From positions 1,984,001 to 2,048,000 of the forward strand of contig NW_027362028.1 of NCBI RefSeq assembly GCF_039654945.1: a DNA stretch of 64,000 bases, in the 5' to 3' direction. Position 1 is the stretch's first letter. Every line of letters starts with the position of its first letter. Below the pieces are notes generated by a model that was not told where the DNA came from, did no database searches, and was given only the letters and a program-made list of their open reading frames with translations. The position numbers and the translations under genes were made by a program. This DNA comes from Dendrobates tinctorius (taxonomy: Eukaryota). Of this stretch, positions 49,186 through 62,831 are shown in pieces.

Positions 49186-50224
49186 GTCTTCATATTTTTC
49201 TTACATTTCAGATCATGAAGGACATTTATGGGAGGCGCTAAGACCACAAAGCAGTTGGGTGTACTTACTTATCACTGTGTTCCCCCTTTTCATTTTTGCA
49301 ATATCGTTTCTTCCTCTCTTTCTACCATGAATCATAACTTTTTTTTATTCTTGTTGTAGTTGTAGATTTTATGACACCTTTCATTTTATCGTATAAATTA
49401 CTAAAAATCAGGATTCAAAGTGCGGCAAAATTCTGAAAAAAAACAACATCATTTTGCCATTGTCTTTGTGTGGAAATAACAAGTCTCTCCAAGTCAGTAC
49501 GATTCCGGTGAGGTTCCATTTTTATTGTTATTTTGTTTTTTTTAGGTTTTATTGTTGGAAAAAAGAAATCAAAACTCAGTAAATTTGCAAATTCACCATT
49601 TTACGAGAATTTTCTCTTTATTATTACTTATTTTATTACCGGAGAGGTGCGAGTTCTTGTCTTTTGCACACTGACCTGGACTGTCTATCGACTGTGTTTT
49701 TGAGCTATGGATGACATTTTGATAACATTTTATCACAATTTTTGTCTGGTAATCGGCAATTCTGGTGCTTTGATTTTTTTTCTTCCTTTATAGAGTTTAT
49801 TTTATTTTTTTTTAATGGATCTTTTTGGGCTATATTAAAAAAATTGCTCTGATTTTACCCTAATTTCATAAAAAAAGGAAAAAAAAAAAGCCAAAAAATG
49901 CATTGTGGCTACGTGTGAACACAGCCTGATCCTATATCCTGACACTAGTCACTCAGCATCAGGACTAAGCACCCAGAGAGGGACACGGAATCCCCTGCCT
50001 GGCATCTTGATCTGATGTAATTTATGTACCTTGACTGTATTAGACTTATCTACATATATAACCGCCAGTTGAGACTTCCGGCCGCTGTCACCGAATCCCA
50101 TAAGGCACCGCGGCAGTGTCACTTGCGCCTGCGCAAGTGACATACACGTCTCCACTATTCCCGCGCATGCGCAGTAACAGCCACCACTGCGCGCAATTTC
50201 ACCGCACTCCCGATGCTATTTCTA

Positions 50225-50257
<33 letters not shown>

Positions 50258-50260
<3 letters not shown>

Positions 50261-51884
50261 TACAGACCAAAAGTTTGGACACTCCTTCACATTCAAAGAG
50301 TTTTCTTTATTTTGATGACTATGAAAATTGTAGATTCACTCTGAAGGCATCAAAACTATGAATTTACACACGTGGAATTATATAATTAACAAAAAAGTGT
50401 GAAACAACTGAAAATATGTCTTATATTCTAGGTTCTTCAAAGTAGCCACCTTTTGCTTTGATTACTGCTTTGCACACTCTTGACATTTTCTTGATGAGCT
50501 TCAAGAGGTAGTCACCGGAAATTGTTTTCACTTCACAGGTGTGCCCTGTCAGGTTTAATAAGTGGGATTTCTTGCCTTATAAATGGGGTTGGGACCATCA
50601 GTTGTGTTGTGCAGAAGTCTGGTGGATACACAGCTGATAGTCCTACTGAATAGACTGTTAGAATTTGTATTATGGCAAGAAAAAAGCAGCCAAGCAAAGA
50701 AAAACGAGTGGCCATCATTACTTTAAGAAATGAAGGTCAGTCAGTCCGAAAAATTGTGAAAACTTTGAAAGTGTCCCCAAGTGCAGTGGAAAAACCATCA
50801 AGCGCTACAAAGAAGAAACTGGCTCACATGAGGACCGGCCCAGGAAAGGAAGACCAAGAGTCACCTCTGTTGCGGAGGATAAGTTCATCCGAGTTACCAG
50901 CCTCAGAAATCGCAGGTTAACAGCAGCTCAGATTAGAGACCAGGTCAATGCCACACAGAGTTCTAGCAGCAGACACATCTCTACACCTGTTAAGAGGAGA
51001 CTTTGTGCAGCAGGCCTTCATGGTGAAATAGCTGCTAGGAAACCACTGCTAAGGACAGGCAACAAGCAGAAGAGACTTGTTTGGGCTAAAGAACACAAGG
51101 AATGGACATTAGACCAGTGGAAATCTGTGCTTTGGTCTGATGAGTCCAAATTTGAGATCTTTGGTTCCAACCACCGTGTCTTTGTGCGATGCAGAAAAGG
51201 TGAACGGATGGACTCTACATGCCTGGTTCCCACCGTGAAGCATGGAGGAGGAGGTGTAATGGTGTGGGGATGCTTTGCTGGTGACACTGTTGGGGATTTA
51301 TTCAAAATTGAAGGCATACTGAACCAGCATGGCTACCACAGCATCTTGCAGCGGCACGCTATTCCATCCGGTTTGTGTTTAGTTGGACCATCATTTATTT
51401 TTCAACAGGACAATGAACCCAAACACACCTCCAGGCTGTGTAAGGGCTATTTGACCAAGAAGGAGAGTGATGGGGTGCTACGCCAGATGACCTGGCCTCC
51501 ACAGTCACCAGACCTGAACCTAATCGAGATGGTTTGGGGTGAGCTGGACCGCAAAGTGAAGGCAAAAGGGCCAACAGGTGCTAAGCATCTCTGGGAACTC
51601 CTTCAAGACTGTTGGAAGACCATTTCCGGTGACTACCTCTTGAAGCTCATCAAGAGAATGCCAAGAGTGTGCAAAGCAGTAATCAAAGCAAAAGGTGGCT
51701 ACTTTGAAGAACCTAGAATATAAGACACATTTTCACTTGTTCCACACTTTTTGTTAATTATATAATTCCACATGTGGTAATTCATAGTTTTGATGCCTTC
51801 ACAGTGAATCTACATTTTCATAGTCATGAAAATAAAGAAAACTCTTTGAATGAGAAGGTGTGTCCAAACTTTTGGTCTGTACCG
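50258..51884 (+). mobile_element. Full-length Tc1-class element, DD38E (Intruder-type), frameshifted transposase at 50672-51723
   Basis: CAGTACAGACCAAAAGTTTGGACAC TIRs, TA target in a (TA)n tract; WSDESKF, QQDNEPKH, SPDLNLIE with 38 residues between the second D and E. Confidence 0.92.
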
Positions 51885-52177
51885 TATCTATATTATACCT
51901 TTAGACATATCTCTCACAGGTGTCGTGTATTCCACATATTCACCTTTATCACATCCCTACACATTGTCACTTTCCATTTTGGTCCACATGTTTTGCTCTA
52001 TCACATTTTATTCTCTTTCTTTTTTTCGGATCATTATCATGTTCCATATGTGAGTGCAGGCAGTCTGTTGTTGTTAGTGCCACGTTTTATCCTTTTTGGC
52101 TCGATAATGCCTATGTTTTATCTCTTCCACCGTTGTCTTTCCATCCTTTTGTCCTCTTGTTTGATAATTCCCCCTTA

Positions 52178-52650
52178 GGCCTGTTTCACACTTCAGCTAT
52201 TTGACGTCAGTCAAAATCCACCAGTTTTAGAAAAAAAACGGATCCGCCCCTTTTTTGGCGGATCTGTTTCCCCCCCCCCCCCCATAGACTTGCATTAGCG
52301 GCGGATTTTGACTGACGGTCGTCCGTTGCATCCGTTTTTTGGACGGATCTGTTAGAATTGTAGCGCCTCCCGGGCGTAGCAGACGGACTCTGAAACTTTT
52401 TTTGTAGCGGCGGACCGTCATTTGCAAGTGCGCATGCCCGGAAGATTTGCTCTGCCAAACATTTTAACCCTCTATAGCGTTCTGGAAGCGGAGTAAAATC
52501 TCACTCTCTCTCACTACTTTGGCGGCAGCGGCGGATCCGACTACAAAATGGATCCGCTGCGTCCGTTTGTTCTCAAACGGAAACGGATCCGTTCTTTTAA
52601 TCTTTGGCGGATTTCAACTGACTTCAAAAAGCTGAAATGTAAAAAAGGCC
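52178..52650. mobile_element. Harbinger-type MITE with CGGATCCG motifs
   Basis: GGCCTGTTTCACACTTCAGCT TIR, TTA flank. Confidence 0.65.
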
Positions 52651-54077
52651 TTTACTCATCTATCTTATATCCGAATGGTCTGCCATTTACAATTCGCGAG
52701 CAAGTATATATGATGATCTTACTCTACTGCTAAATTTGCTACCCTATATATTGCTTCCCATCCTGTACTATTGCTTTGGTTTGCCAAAGTAAAAAATGCA
52801 AAAATGCCAAAAAATAATCAAAAGAACAAATTTTTTTAAAGGGGTTGTCCACAGCCAATACTAAAAACAGCAAAATAAATCCTGCTCACCCACTGTCATG
52901 CCCCTGGATCCAGTGCAGGCCGCAGCAGAAGTGATGACGTCACCATTCATCAGCCATGGGATTGATGCAAGCTTTGATCGGCTGCAGCGGTCAGATGACT
53001 TCATAGGAGGCTTTTCTACTTAAAGGGGTTTTCAGGTGATAACTTACTGATCAGTTGGATTCTGACTGTTGGGACCAGCAATGATTGAAAGAATCATTTC
53101 TGCAGATCATTGATCGAGTAAGTACGAAATCAACCAACAGAGGGCGCTATAGCAGAGCGAATGGAAGCGACCAGCTTATTATAAGGGCGTCTATATTTAT
53201 AGGTTTGTAGAAGTACATCTAATAATCAAGATATATAGACATGTAATATAATGAATTATTCACTGATTGATGGGGGTCCGACCACTAGGAACAAGAGCGA
53301 TCACAAGAACAGAGCTCTAGATCCCGGGATTAGATTCTGCAAGATCCCACTGTATGCATGCTCAACCTACAAGCATGCTCACAACAGCTCGATTAATTGT
53401 CTATGGGATTGTAGAAAAAAAAGAGCGCAACATCCCACTATTTCCAGCAGGTAGGGGGGGGTTTACGTAGTGGGTGGCGGAAATAAGTAATACAAAATGT
53501 TTTAAAACATATTAAGAAATAAGAAAAAATCATAACAGTTTCTATCACCGCTCTTTTCCCAATACAAAATAAAGCAATAAAAAGGAAACATATTTTTATA
53601 TCTTGATATAAAATATCACTGTGTCCTAAGAAGTCCGATCTATTCAAATGCAAACATTTTTTTCCCAGTTTTTCAGTCCACCAAATGGTAAAGTGAATGG
53701 TGTCATTAAAAACAACAAAAAACAATCCTCGCCCGGCTCCGAAAAATAAGGGTTAAGGTCAATTTCGAGCAAAAAAAAATCTGCATTTTTTTTTTTTACA
53801 ATTTAAATAAGAAAACGGTATAAAAAGGTTTACAATTGTATAAATTTCAAAAATGTTTAAAAAGTTTCAGTTTAATATAAATAGAATATAAATGAATACA
53901 TGTCTGTAAAAACTGTAAACTACCAAAATAAAGCGAAGAACAAGAAGTGAGAGGGATCTCCTGGTAATAATCAAACTTGGGAGAATCAGCAGCAAGTGTC
54001 TGATTTTCTTGCAGCGCCTCCGCAGGAGAACTAAAGTATTACACAGTGCACATAGGAATCTATAGGTTGCACATGTA

Positions 54078-55376
<1,299 letters not shown>

Positions 55377-57131
55377 TAATTCACAGCCATGCGAGGTTCT
55401 CTGAGCGCTGGAGAAGTCTCATCAATGAACTCTGAGCTTTGTAAAACGATATTCAAAACTGTTTTTGCTCAACCAGATGAGTTCTTTACTCCGACTGAGA
55501 TGTAAAACTTCAACAAAGGTCAGAAAGACGTGCAGCCAAAAAACACCTTCAGCTTCAATTCTGGCTATTAACCTCTGGACCCCGTGAGAAACCGGTGAAC
55601 CCTGTTTTAGGATCCAGGAGTCAAGAAGGTTGTTTCATGAAAGTGAAGAAGAATTATACAAACATGTCACCAGTTCAGCCAGACACCTTCATCACTTAAA
55701 CCCGGAGGCAAATAGTTAAGTAAACACCAACTCCGAGAATATAGAACCGTAGAATCCTGTGATTGTCCTTGTATAACAGATGAGATTCGCCAATGCAAGT
55801 CAATGGTTGCGAGAAAAAAATCTCCCCTCACTCGGACCATGCGAGTGCCGTCCGATTTTTACACATTGATCTCCTTTAAAACCGGACATTTCATCTGCCG
55901 CGTACAGTAAAATCACAGCGTGACCCGACAGGATAGAATGGACAGAATAATAATAATCTTTATTTATATAGCGCCAACATATTCCGCAGCGCTTTACAGT
56001 TTAACAGTTTCAATTCACAAGTCATAAGTAACAACGTTAACAATACAGTAATTAAAGCAAAATCAGACGACCCTGCTCGTGAGAGCTTACAATCTACAAT
56101 GAGGTGGGGGAGATACAGAGTACAGGTGTGTATTTACAATGATGTATTTACAATGAAGGTCCAGCCATCTTGAGAAGGTGGGGGATGGATGGAGATAGTG
56201 AATGGGCTACACACGCACACTTACACAAAAAATGACTGATTAGTGAACGTGATAGGCCGCTCTGAACAAATCTGTTTTGAGGGAGCGCCTGAAACTATGC
56301 AAAATGTGGATAGTCCTAATTTCTTGGGGTAGAGCATTCCAGAGGATTGGTGCAGCGCGGGAGAAGTCTTGGAGTTGGGAGTGGGAGGTACGCATTAGTG
56401 CAGGGGTTAGTCGAAAGTCGTTTGCAGAGCGCAGCAGTCGGTTAGGCCGATGGACAGAAATGAGGGAGGAGATGTAAGGGGGTGCCACACTGTGGAGAGC
56501 TTTGTGGGTGAGAACAAGTACTTTGAATTGGATCCTATAATGAATGGGCAGCCAATGTAAGGACTGGCGAAGAGCGGACGCATCCTAGTACTGATTAGCC
56601 AGATGGATGATCCTGGCTGCTGCATTAAGTATGGACTGGAGGGGGGATAGTCGAGTAACGGGGAGGCCAATTAATAGAGCGTTGCAGTAATCCAGGCGGG
56701 AGTGGATCAATGCTACAGTGAGGGTTTTTGTTGTTTCCATGGTGAGAAAAGGGCAAATTCTAGAGATGTTCTTCAGGTGTAGGTCTGTTTGGCGAGGTGA
56801 AGGGCAGAGTTATAGGTTGTTAACATAAATTTAAAGTGGATGAAGTCTTCAGGTGTGCAGATTTTTCTCCATCGGCGTTCAGTACTCCTAGAGCTTCGCT
56901 GGAGAAGTCGAGTTTGCGATGTGAACCAGGGCTGTTTTACTCTTTGTTTGGAGGTTTTGAGGGTGAGGGGAGCTACTTAGTCAAGGGTGCTTCTAAGAGT
57001 GTCATTGTAGTGATGAACAGCCAGATCAGGCCAGGAAAAAGAGGAGATTGGGGACAGTGATGAGTGTAGGGAGTCTGAAAGTGTCTGAGGGTTAATGGCT
57101 TGTAGATTTCTGAATGTGTGATAGGTAGAAG

Positions 57132-57972
57132 TGTTAGGAACGGCGGAACGCACTAAATAAAATAAATAATAAAGTGCGTTCGGCGCTCGGGGTCCACCGT
57201 GCAGAAGGTGTTATAACTGCTGCTGAGTAATGGCAGACGTGCTATATGGCGGTATAATGCGCACGGGGTTAAACGTCACCCAGGTGCGCAGAGCAATCAC
57301 TGTTTAATCACAGAGATGCCAGTAGGGGTAAACACAAAAAGGCTGAGCCTGTTAGCGCCACAGGTCTCAGATATATGCACACACGGTATCAGGTCACAGG
57401 TGCAGGACCTAAGGCAGAAGGAGCTGCGTCCGTCTAGACCTACCGTGTGTGCGGTGTCGCTACTGCGGGCGCCAAAGAGAGCTGCAACTGCAGTGCGGCA
57501 TAGGACACTGCCGCGAGACGATAGTGCCATGTGGAGTAGCACAATCGGACGCTAGTGTAGAGGCGCGGTGTGCACAGTGGCCTAAGGCTTGCCACTGACT
57601 GGCGCTGACTGCTGAACTAATTCCCTATCCACATGCGTAATATCAGAGGGAAAGGGGTTTCAAATTAGTCAGAATCATACATCTGTCACCATTCACACAT
57701 CTAGCAAGTAATGCCTATACTAGCGCATGGCCGAACAGCCATGCGGTCCATTTATAGCCGTGCGCTGCCGGGACCTTCCAGATCTCTGAGATGGACCAAT
57801 CAGATCAGGGGAAGGACCTGAGCACGTGACTCCCGAGCTCCAATGGGAGATTGTCTCATGAGCATGCTCAGTGGAGCAGCAGCGGGACTTAGCCTCCAGA
57901 ATGACTTGCTTCAAAGCAGTATGTGAGGCTCTGGACTCCTGCTGTGTAGCTACAGGAATCCGACGCCTAACA
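57132..57972. mobile_element. Solo LTR, 841 bp
   Basis: TGTTAGG...CCTAACA termini; 5-bp target duplication AGAAG/AGGAG; splits L2. Confidence 0.75.
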
Positions 57973-58922
57973 AGGAGTGAACTGGGGTGGGCGAGGATTT
58001 GCGAGCGTGAAGAAGAAAATGTTGTGGTCAGAGAGGGGAAGCGATGAGTTATTTAGGTAGGAGATTGAACAGAGCCGGACAAAGACCAGATCAAGGGTGT
58101 TACCGTCTTTGTGTGTCTCAGAGGTTGAGAGCTGTGAGAGGCAGAGAGAAGTGGTTAGTGATAGAAGCTGGGATGCAGCTGTGGAAGTGGGGCTGTTAAT
58201 GGGGATGTGAAGTCTCCCAGGATAAGGGTTGGTAGTTCTGAGGACATGAAGTGCGGCAGTCAGGCTGAGAAGTGGTCAATGAAGTGGGTGGGTGGACCTG
58301 GGGGCCGGTACATGACCGCTACTCTGAGGGATAGGGAACGGAAGAGCCTGATGGTGTGGACCTCAAAAGAAGGGAATGAGAGTGATGGAACGGGGGGGAT
58401 GACCTGGAAAGTGCATTGTGGGGACAGGAGTATACCGACTCCACCACCAGGTCTGCTTGTGGGTCTCAGGGAATGGGTGAATTCTAAGGCCTCTTTCACA
58501 CATCAGGTTTTCGCCGTCAGGCGCGATCCGGCGCTTTTGACAGAAACCGGATCCGGCGAAATGCAATGCCGTATCCGGTTTCCCCCCCATTGACTTGCAT
58601 TTGCGCCGGATCGCGCCGGATGGCCATGCGTTTCATCCGGTTTTCGCCGGATCCGGCAATGTGTCGCAATGTGTCGCGATCCGGCATCTGGAAAAAACGT
58701 CTACTGTAACGTTTTTTGTCTGCGGCGAAAAAGCCGGACACGCTGGATCCGGCGCGTCCGGCTTTTTCACACAATGAAAGCCTATGAGCGCCGCAATGCG
58801 CCGGATCCGGCGAAAGCCGGATCCGGCGGCCGGATCCGGTTTTTTGGTCTGAGCATGCTCAGTAGCTCTGCCCACAAGACATATATAAAAGCAAGACAGT
58901 GGGACCCACAGCCACACCCAAC

Positions 58923-61683
58923 ATGCCACCCAAGAAAGCAACCAAGCGAAGCAGGAGAAGGCAGGAGACCACTGCAGCACCATCAGCACCACCACCACCC
59001 CAAATGGAGCAGCAAATAGAACATGCTGAGGAGGGGAGGCCAGCAGCAGATGAGAGACGGTAATTATCAAATCCCCCATTCCTCCAAACTAGGGCCATGG
59101 AATATCAAGATATTCATTGGCCCTTTGTTTCTCTTTATTCAACAGCCGCCAAAGAGATGCAGCAGCAGCACCATCAGCACCACCCCAAATGGAGCAGCAT
59201 GCTGAACGGGAGGGGAGTCCAGAAGCAGATGAGAGACGGTAATTATCAAATCCCCCATTCCTCCAAACTAGGGCCATGGAATATCAAGATATTCATTGGC
59301 CCTTTGTTTCTCTTTATTCAACAGCCGCCAAAGAGATGCAGCAGCAGCAGCAGCAGCAGAAATGGCATCACTGGCAGCAGCAATACCCACAGCCATGGAG
59401 TCTGGCCATCAACAGGACAGCACATCTTCTTCTGGGAGCCCTCCCTCGCATCGTCAGCGTTTGACGGTAAGTTTTTATTTCCAAAATCCATCATCTCTGT
59501 AATATATGTCTATTCATTGCCTTTTATTTCAAAACAGGAATCACAAGATGAAGAGGAGCTCCCAGAAGAAGAAGGAAGGGGTGGACAGACGCTTGGAGTG
59601 GGCTCACAATTCGTAAGTTTTTTGCATCAAACGCAGAAACACAACATCACACTACACACAACACATAGAAAACAATGTTCTGCAGACCACACACAGCAAA
59701 CAAATGCCTACATCCAAACTCATAAAATTTTTTGTTTTCTTCTCTAGTCTTCCCAATCTGGTGCTCGGCCAAGAGGTCCTCGCAGTGCCTCCCAGGGTCG
59801 TCGGCGACAGCAACGCGGCGGTCACCAGCGTGTAAGTATAAATATTTTTGCTTTGTTTTTTTGCACTTTTTATTTCATTTCTTTTGTGGAGGCTAATTAT
59901 GTTATTTTTGTCTTTTTCTTTAACAGCCTTCACAGCGTGCTCCCGACTCTGACGGTGAGGATGGAGGGATTGATGTGGACCGCCTCATCGATCTCGTCAG
60001 AGAAAGGGAGCCGCTCTGGAATATGGCTGACCGCCGCCACGCTGACCTGATCATTACCCGACGACTCTGGGAGGAAATCTGTTCGCTCCTTGTGGGCCGC
60101 TGGGAGGACCTCGATGTTCGGGCCCAGATTACAGAGCGTAAGTATATACAGTAACGGTTGCTTGATGTAAACCAGTGTTTCCCGAACTCCAGTCCTCGTG
60201 GTCCCCACGGATCATGTGTTCAGGATTTCTATTTACTATTGAAATCCTGAAAACATGACCCCTGGGGACCATGAGGACTGGAGTTTGGGAAACACTGATG
60301 TTGTATACTAACCACTCCTTTCTCGTTTCAGGGAACAGAATTGTGAATCGGTGGCGGTCTGTGAGGGATCGTTTCAAGAAGGAGTTCAATAAAGAGATGC
60401 GGGCCCCGAGTGGATCTGGAGGACGCAGGAGCAAGTACAAGTACGCACAAGCCCTGTCGTTCCTCCGGGAGACAATGCTCACCAGAAGGTAAATATTACA
60501 CACCACATGTGAAAAAAATGTTAGATGTAACTTTTTTTTTTCAGCCAGGGCCATACCATGTCAGTATTTTAATTGTTTTTTTTTCTCTTTATTCCACAGC
60601 ACGGTGAGCAGCACTCGGGAGCCGGCACGATTGGACCCTTCTGAGGCGATCCCTGAGGAGACCGGCACCGAGGGACACTTCGACCGCCCCGGTACATCTG
60701 CACCTTCCCAGCCTTCCCACACATTCGACCCATCTGTCCCATCCACCAGCACAGGAGCATCGTGGCCGCCTACATTACATGAAGCTGCTGGTGAGGAGAT
60801 CGCTTTCCCTTTACCCCACCCTTCTGCCCCTGCCACCTCTAGTACACCTGCGGGTACTGGGCGGCAGCGGCAGAGGGGTCAGGAAAAGAGTTATGCGCAA
60901 GAGTTATTGCATCTGAATGCATCTTTCCAGAACTGTCTCAAAGTCTTGTCAGAGCAAATCTCCGCAGGCTTTCAGCAGATCAACTCCAGCATTCTGGAGG
61001 TGAAGACACTTCTGCAAACCATGCATTCAGAAGCAAGATCTTCGCCAAACCACACCTTTTTCAGGTCTGTCGTGGAGCGCATGGCAACACTATCTCCTAC
61101 CCAGCAGATGCATGTAATGCATTCGTGCCACGGTGCTCTACAGCAGGTTACCTCCCAACCTCCACCTCCCACCACTGTAGTTCCTCCACCTGCACCCCCT
61201 CCAGCCACTTTCCATCCTCCCCCTCCTATTACATCTGCACCCCCTCCAGCCACTTTCCATCCTCCCCCTCCTATTACATCTGCACCCCCTCCAGCCACTT
61301 TCCATCCTCCCCCTCCTATTACATACCAGCAACCTGCCCAGTACCAGCAACCTCCCCAGTACCAGTCATCTCCCCACTTCCAGCAACCTGCCCCGTACCA
61401 AACTCCTTCCCCGTACCAAACTCCTTTCCCGTACCAAACTCCTTCCCCATACAACTTTCCATCAACATCATCTGCTCCTACAGTCCCTGCCCAACCCTCC
61501 ACTCCACCGCCCACCACCTCTTCTGCCTCCCACATGTCCACCCATTCTGTATCTTTTTCCACACCTTCACCTCTAACTGTTCCTTCCCCACCACGATCCC
61601 AGTGCTCTCTCCACACACCCAGTGTCGAAGTGTCCCGCAGCCCCTCCAGCAGTATTTCCACCCCACAGTACACAGAATTGTAA
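58923..61683 (+). CDS. Harbinger MADF (Myb/SANT-like) DNA-binding protein; join(58923..59059,59146..59238,59325..59466,59538..59612,59748..59831,59927..60137,60332..60488,60600..61683), 660 aa
   Basis: All introns GT-AG; 1983 nt in frame with no stops. MADF signature LIDLVREREPLWN...RLWEEI...RWRSVRDRFKKE...YKYAQALSFL. N-terminal NLS-like PKKATKRSRRR. BESS-like FFRSVVERMATLSPTQQMH. TATA at 58882, AATAAA at 61698. Confidence 0.82.
60173..60297. mobile_element. hAT-like palindromic MITE inside MADF gene intron 6
   Basis: CAGTGTTTCCC...GGGAAACACTG; near-complete hairpin. Confidence 0.7.
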
Positions 61684-62831
61684 TGTGTGTTTTTTGTAAT
61701 AAAAATGCCCATTGGGTTTAAAACCTTTCTAAAAAAGTTTTTTTGCACTTTAAAAACATTTTCCAAAAAAAAAAAAAATTTAAATAAAAGTTAAATTATC
61801 GTTTCACAATGGTTGTCTGTCATTTCTTTCTGCGGCGAACTATGTTTTAAAAAAAGGTTAAATACAGGGTATTTCAAAGGTAAAAAGGTATTCAAAACCA
61901 GGTATAACTGTGGGTAAATTTTAGCTTTTTGCCACCGTTGTGTTCCTGGTTGTGTTTGAAGCAAAGTATTTCACTTAAAAAGTTGTGTTTATTGTTGGTG
62001 ATTTCCTACCAATGTACACAACTTTTGTTAAAAGGTGAAATACTTTGCATAAAACACAACCAGGTACACATCTGTGGCCTAAAGGTAAAAATAGTAAGAC
62101 CATGACAAGAAGCCAACTTTGGTTGGCAAAGGTATATACTGTTGGTCCAGAAGGTACACAAGTTTAGGGCAAAAATCTCTCACACTCTGTCATCCTGCCA
62201 GTGTACTCTGCCTTGAGGTGACATAAAGTATAGTGGAAAATTGTCCCTGAAACCGTCACAGAACTTCTAGTGGTAATATTTCCAATGACAACATCCATCT
62301 TCGCCAGTAACTTGCTCTTCTCTCCAACCTGCACTTTCTCCTCTCCAACCTGTCAAAGAAGGGCTGTAGGAACATGCTATATATAGTTTTCCAGTAGCCA
62401 ATCCCGTTCGGAAGGCCACAAGGGTCAATTTTAAAAACCGGATCCGGCGTAATCCGTCGAAAAACGGATAGAAAAACGGATGAACCGGATGAGACGGATC
62501 CGGTTTTGTCTGTCAAGAAAAAGACGGATCCGGCAGAAAACCGGATCCGTCACATCCGGTTTTACTAAACATTTGCCGGATCCGGCGTTCCGGCACGACG
62601 CCGGATCGCGCCTGACGCCGAAAACCTGATGTGTGAAAGTAGCCTAAGCCACCATGGAAAATGGCAGCAGGGGAGACAGTGTCAGAATCCTGAATCCAGG
62701 TTTCAGTGAGGGCTAACAGATTCAGAGAGTTGTTCAGAAAGTAATTGAAGTAATAGAATAGATATATACAAGTAGAATAGATAGAAAGATGTCAGTCACA
62801 TATAGAATCCGTGCTGTGCTTCTGCAGCTTA

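Larger units (their letters stand above)
58488..62644 (+). mobile_element. PIF/Harbinger DNA transposon lacking a transposase, 4157 bp
   Basis: 46-bp TIRs (GGCCTCTTTCACACATCAGGTTTTCG...) with 3 mismatches; TAA target duplication at 58485-87 and 62645-47; removal restores the L2 endonuclease frame (HGGL|EFTHS); encodes a MADF/Myb-SANT protein. Confidence 0.9.
55947..62750 (-). mobile_element. L2-clade LINE remnant interrupted by a solo LTR and the Harbinger
   Basis: Endonuclease LALTETW..., GGGVGILL, YRPPG; RT C-terminus; 3' tail at about 55947. Confidence 0.85.

Noticed and set aside
60972-61766. 264-aa Gly/Trp-rich minus-strand ORF
   Set aside because: Antisense shadow of the Pro-rich MADF terminal exon.
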